A stretch of DNA of 63,933 bases, filler included. It is 22 parts of 22 records of this genome, joined end to end, with 100 filler letters (N's around TTAATTAATTAA, not from the genome) between each part and the next. Parts side by side here need not be neighbours in the genome. Positions count along the whole stretch, not along the records: positions 61,652 to 63,933 come from SRR16133337_84385; 21 more parts are not named here. One strand, written 5' to 3'. Numbering within the stretch: the first letter of the stretch is position 1; each line of letters starts with the position of its first letter. Below the pieces are notes generated by a model that made no database searches, had not been told where the DNA came from, and saw only the letters and a list, made by a program, of their open reading frames with translations. Made by a program: the position numbers and the translations under genes. Shown in pieces: positions 61,654 to 63,933 of the stretch.

Positions 61654-62556
61654 CCAAATGTATGGTATTCTTATACAGGAAGTGGTAGTGAGGAAGCAAT
61701 CACTATAGACCTCTCTAATTCTGATTATAAGGTTTCATTTTTAGTTTATACGGGAACTCCTGGAAGCTTAACATTGGCTGGGCATGGTGGTGCATATGGT
61801 GCATTTTCTTCTGATGGGACTTCTACCTATTATATTACGATTACGGGTAGTATCCTCAGGGTAGGAGCTTTTGAATTAAACCTTTCGTGTGCTCCTCTTG
61901 CCTTAAACGATGATTGTAACAGTGCTACACCTCTTGTTCTAGGTACAGCTTTAACTGATGAGTTTACTATGGGGACTACACATCCAGTAGAATCTAAAGT
62001 ATGCAATCCTTATTTTGGTCGTAATCTATGGTATTTTTTTGTCGCTCCTACTAGTGGTTTAGTAAACATTAGAACAACATTAATAGGAGCAAATCAAGCG
62101 AGTCTTACCGTTTATGAAGATTGTGATCAAGTATTATGGTCGTTCCATTGTTCTAAGAATCACAATAGAGGAGAAGAAGATATTTCGCTTACAGGTTTAA
62201 CGGCAGGAAATCCCTATTTAGTGGAAGTTTGGAATGTAGATATAAAAGAAGAGTATACTGGTAAATTTGAAATTTTAGTCAGCGAAAGCTCACCATTATC
62301 TACTACAAATTTTGATGATGGTGACTTACCCTTTACTCATTATCAAAACCCAGTAAATACTAGGTTACCACTAAAAGCTAAAAAAAAGATGCAACGAGTA
62401 TTTATTTACGATATATTAGGAAAAAAAATATTGAGCGTATTTCCTAATAGCCTAAAAATAGATATCGATGTTTCTGAGTTGGAATCGGGAGTCTATTTTA
62501 TTGAAGTAACAACTATCGATAACAGAACTAAGATATTAAGAATTATTAAAAAATAA
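61654..62556 (+). CDS. T9SS type A sorting-domain protein, 5'-truncated
   Basis: Frame is open from the contig start (PNVWYSYTG...); NDDCNSATPL and LWYFF repeats; CTD YQNPV...IYDILGK...LESGVYFI...KILRIIKK. Confidence 0.9.
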   Translation, partial: PNVWYSYTGSGSEEAITIDLSNSDYKVSFLVYTGTPGSLTLAGHGGAYGAFSSDGTSTYYITITGSILRVGAFELNLSCAPLALNDDCNSATPLVLGTALTDEFTMGTTHPVESKVCNPYFGRNLWYFFVAPTSGLVNIRTTLIGANQASLTVYEDCDQVLWSFHCSKNHNRGEEDISLTGLTAGNPYLVEVWNVDIKEEYTGKFEILVSESSPLSTTNFDDGDLPFTHYQNPVNTRLPLKAKKKMQRVFIYDILGKKILSVFPNSLKIDIDVSELESGVYFIEVTTIDNRTKILRIIKK

Positions 62557-62561
62557 TTATA

Positions 62562-62625
62562 CACTCCGCTCACTTAGAAACAAAAAGAAGGCTCTAAAAA
62601 TTCGGGGTTCTAAGTGGGCAGAATA
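62562..62625. repeat. Degenerate full-length copy of the 66-bp palindromic element
   Basis: CACTCCGCTCACTTAGAAAC-AAAAAGAAGGCTCTAAAAATTCGG-GGTTCTAAGTGGGCAGAATA. Confidence 0.8.
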
Positions 62626-62919
62626 TATATTCCATCCTATTCCGTTTTTAGAGAATTTAGCCCATTTACTTGGTTCTACCACTGATTTTAATAAAAGTTT
62701 ACAAATCAAACATATAACCGCTTTATAGAATCACTGTATCTAAATACAAGAACTAATTTTTACTTTTTTTAAATTGTTTAGGATACTATTCATTGTATAA
62801 CCAAAAATATTTACTTACTTTGCAGTATCAAATCTAATAGAATTTATTCTATCTTAGAAGTAGTACTTGCTAAAAAGATTACTAAAAAAAGAGAATCTTC
62901 ATTCGTAAAACAATATCGA

Positions 62920-62972
62920 TACTCCCTTCCCTTAGAAACTCGAAAATTTTAGGGTTGCTGTTTTTGTTTCTA
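62920..62972. repeat. Degenerate inverted copy of the 66-bp element
   Basis: TACTCCCTTCCCTTAGAAACTCGAAAATTTTAGGGTTGCTGTTTTTGTTTCTA. Confidence 0.8.
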
Positions 62973-63165
62973 GCAAGATCATCTTGAGCCTTTCGAACTC
63001 AAGACAGACTTTGTCGAAGGGTTCAGGGCAGGCAAACAGACAAAAAAAAACTTACAGCCTAAAGCCAAAAATAAAAGAGATAAAAATTTGGAATTAGGAT
63101 GAAATATACGCCTAACTTAAAACACAGGATTTTCTGTAAACACACCCTATTGATACATAGAATTA

Positions 63166-63822
63166 ATGAAATTTAATTTAGAATACAATTCGGATCGAAA
63201 GCTTATGATTATACCAGAATACGGTAGGCATATTCAAAAATTAGTAGATCACTGCGTTGCATTGGAAAGTGCCGATGAACGAAAAAAAATGGCAAATGCG
63301 ATTGTAGATGTCATGGGAAATTTACAACCTCATTTAAGAGATGTTCCAGATTTTAAACATAAACTTTGGGATCAAATTTTTATCATGTCTGAATTCAAAT
63401 TAGGTGTTGAATCACCTTATGGAACACCAGACAAGCAAGAATTAGAGGCAAAACCAGAACCTTTGGCCTATCCAAAACAGGCTTCAAAATATCGTTTTTA
63501 TGGGCATAATATTCAAACAATGATAAAGGTAGCATTGTCTTGGGACGAAAATGAGTTAAAAGAGGCACTTATTTATAGCATTGCCAACCATATGAAAAAA
63601 TGCTATCTAAATTGGAACAAAGATACCGTGGATGATGCTGTTATTTTTAAGCATTTAAAAGATTTATCAAAGGGAGAAATTGATTTGAAAGAATCAGATG
63701 GAGTACTTTCTGATAGTAGCAATTTACTAAAAAAGACTTCTAATATTAAAATTTCTGGGAAACAACGCAGTAGTAGCAACACTAATAAAGGTCAGAAAGG
63801 ACATCAAAATCGCCATAAATAG
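63166..63822 (+). CDS. DUF4290 domain-containing protein
   Basis: LEYNS...IPEYGRHIQ, PHLRDVPDFKHKLWD, YRFYG, IANHMKKCYLNWNKD: a conserved Bacteroidetes family. Confidence 0.9.
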   Translation: MKFNLEYNSDRKLMIIPEYGRHIQKLVDHCVALESADERKKMANAIVDVMGNLQPHLRDVPDFKHKLWDQIFIMSEFKLGVESPYGTPDKQELEAKPEPLAYPKQASKYRFYGHNIQTMIKVALSWDENELKEALIYSIANHMKKCYLNWNKDTVDDAVIFKHLKDLSKGEIDLKESDGVLSDSSNLLKKTSNIKISGKQRSSSNTNKGQKGHQNRHK

Positions 63823-63866
63823 TATTTTTTATTTATAATTTTTAAAGGGTGATTTTATTTTTTGTA

Positions 63867-63918
63867 TACGCTACTTGCTTAGAAACCCAAAAATTTTAGG
63901 ATTGCTATTTTTGTTTCT
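63867..63918. repeat. Degenerate inverted copy of the 66-bp element
   Basis: ...TTAGAAACCCAAAAATTTTAGGATTGCTATTTTTGTTTCT. Confidence 0.75.
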
Positions 63919-63933
63919 GTTCTGGCTATAGGC

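Noticed and set aside
33296-63918. Palindromic bacterial repeats as a CRISPR array
   Set aside because: Copies are dispersed, occur in both orientations, have a constant loop rather than unique spacers, and no cas genes are visible.

Overview
This window is not one locus. It is 22 short contigs (about 2-6 kb each) joined by 21 artificial 100-nt spacers (N44-TTAATTAATTAA-N44), and the contigs come from at least three sources. (1) An AT-rich, intron-rich microbial eukaryote nuclear genome. Spliced exons were reconstructed by hand for a LolD/ABCH-type ABC ATPase, an LRR protein with 72-nt exons, Cdc25, malic enzyme, a K2P-like potassium channel, a Gly/Tyr-rich protein and a five-exon Crypton-like tyrosine recombinase. 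There is also a DIRS-like YR retrotransposon (gag, RT-RNaseH-methyltransferase, YR). (2) A mitochondrial fragment using TGA=Trp (nad5, nad1 and a probable cob 3' end). (3) A Flavobacteriaceae bacterium (exbB-exbD-tonB-folC-tRNA-Val; M23 peptidase plus TonB-dependent receptor; thrS-infC; T9SS cargo plus DUF4290) whose intergenic DNA carries several repeat families. The most notable observations are apparent spliceosomal introns inside the DIRS gag and gag/pol junction, the intron-containing Crypton-like recombinase, a 66-bp TA-bounded palindromic miniature element in the bacterium, a frameshifted serine-recombinase-like relic behind tRNA-Val, and an Asn-rich insertion in the probable cob. All family assignments come from motif recognition; no searches were run.
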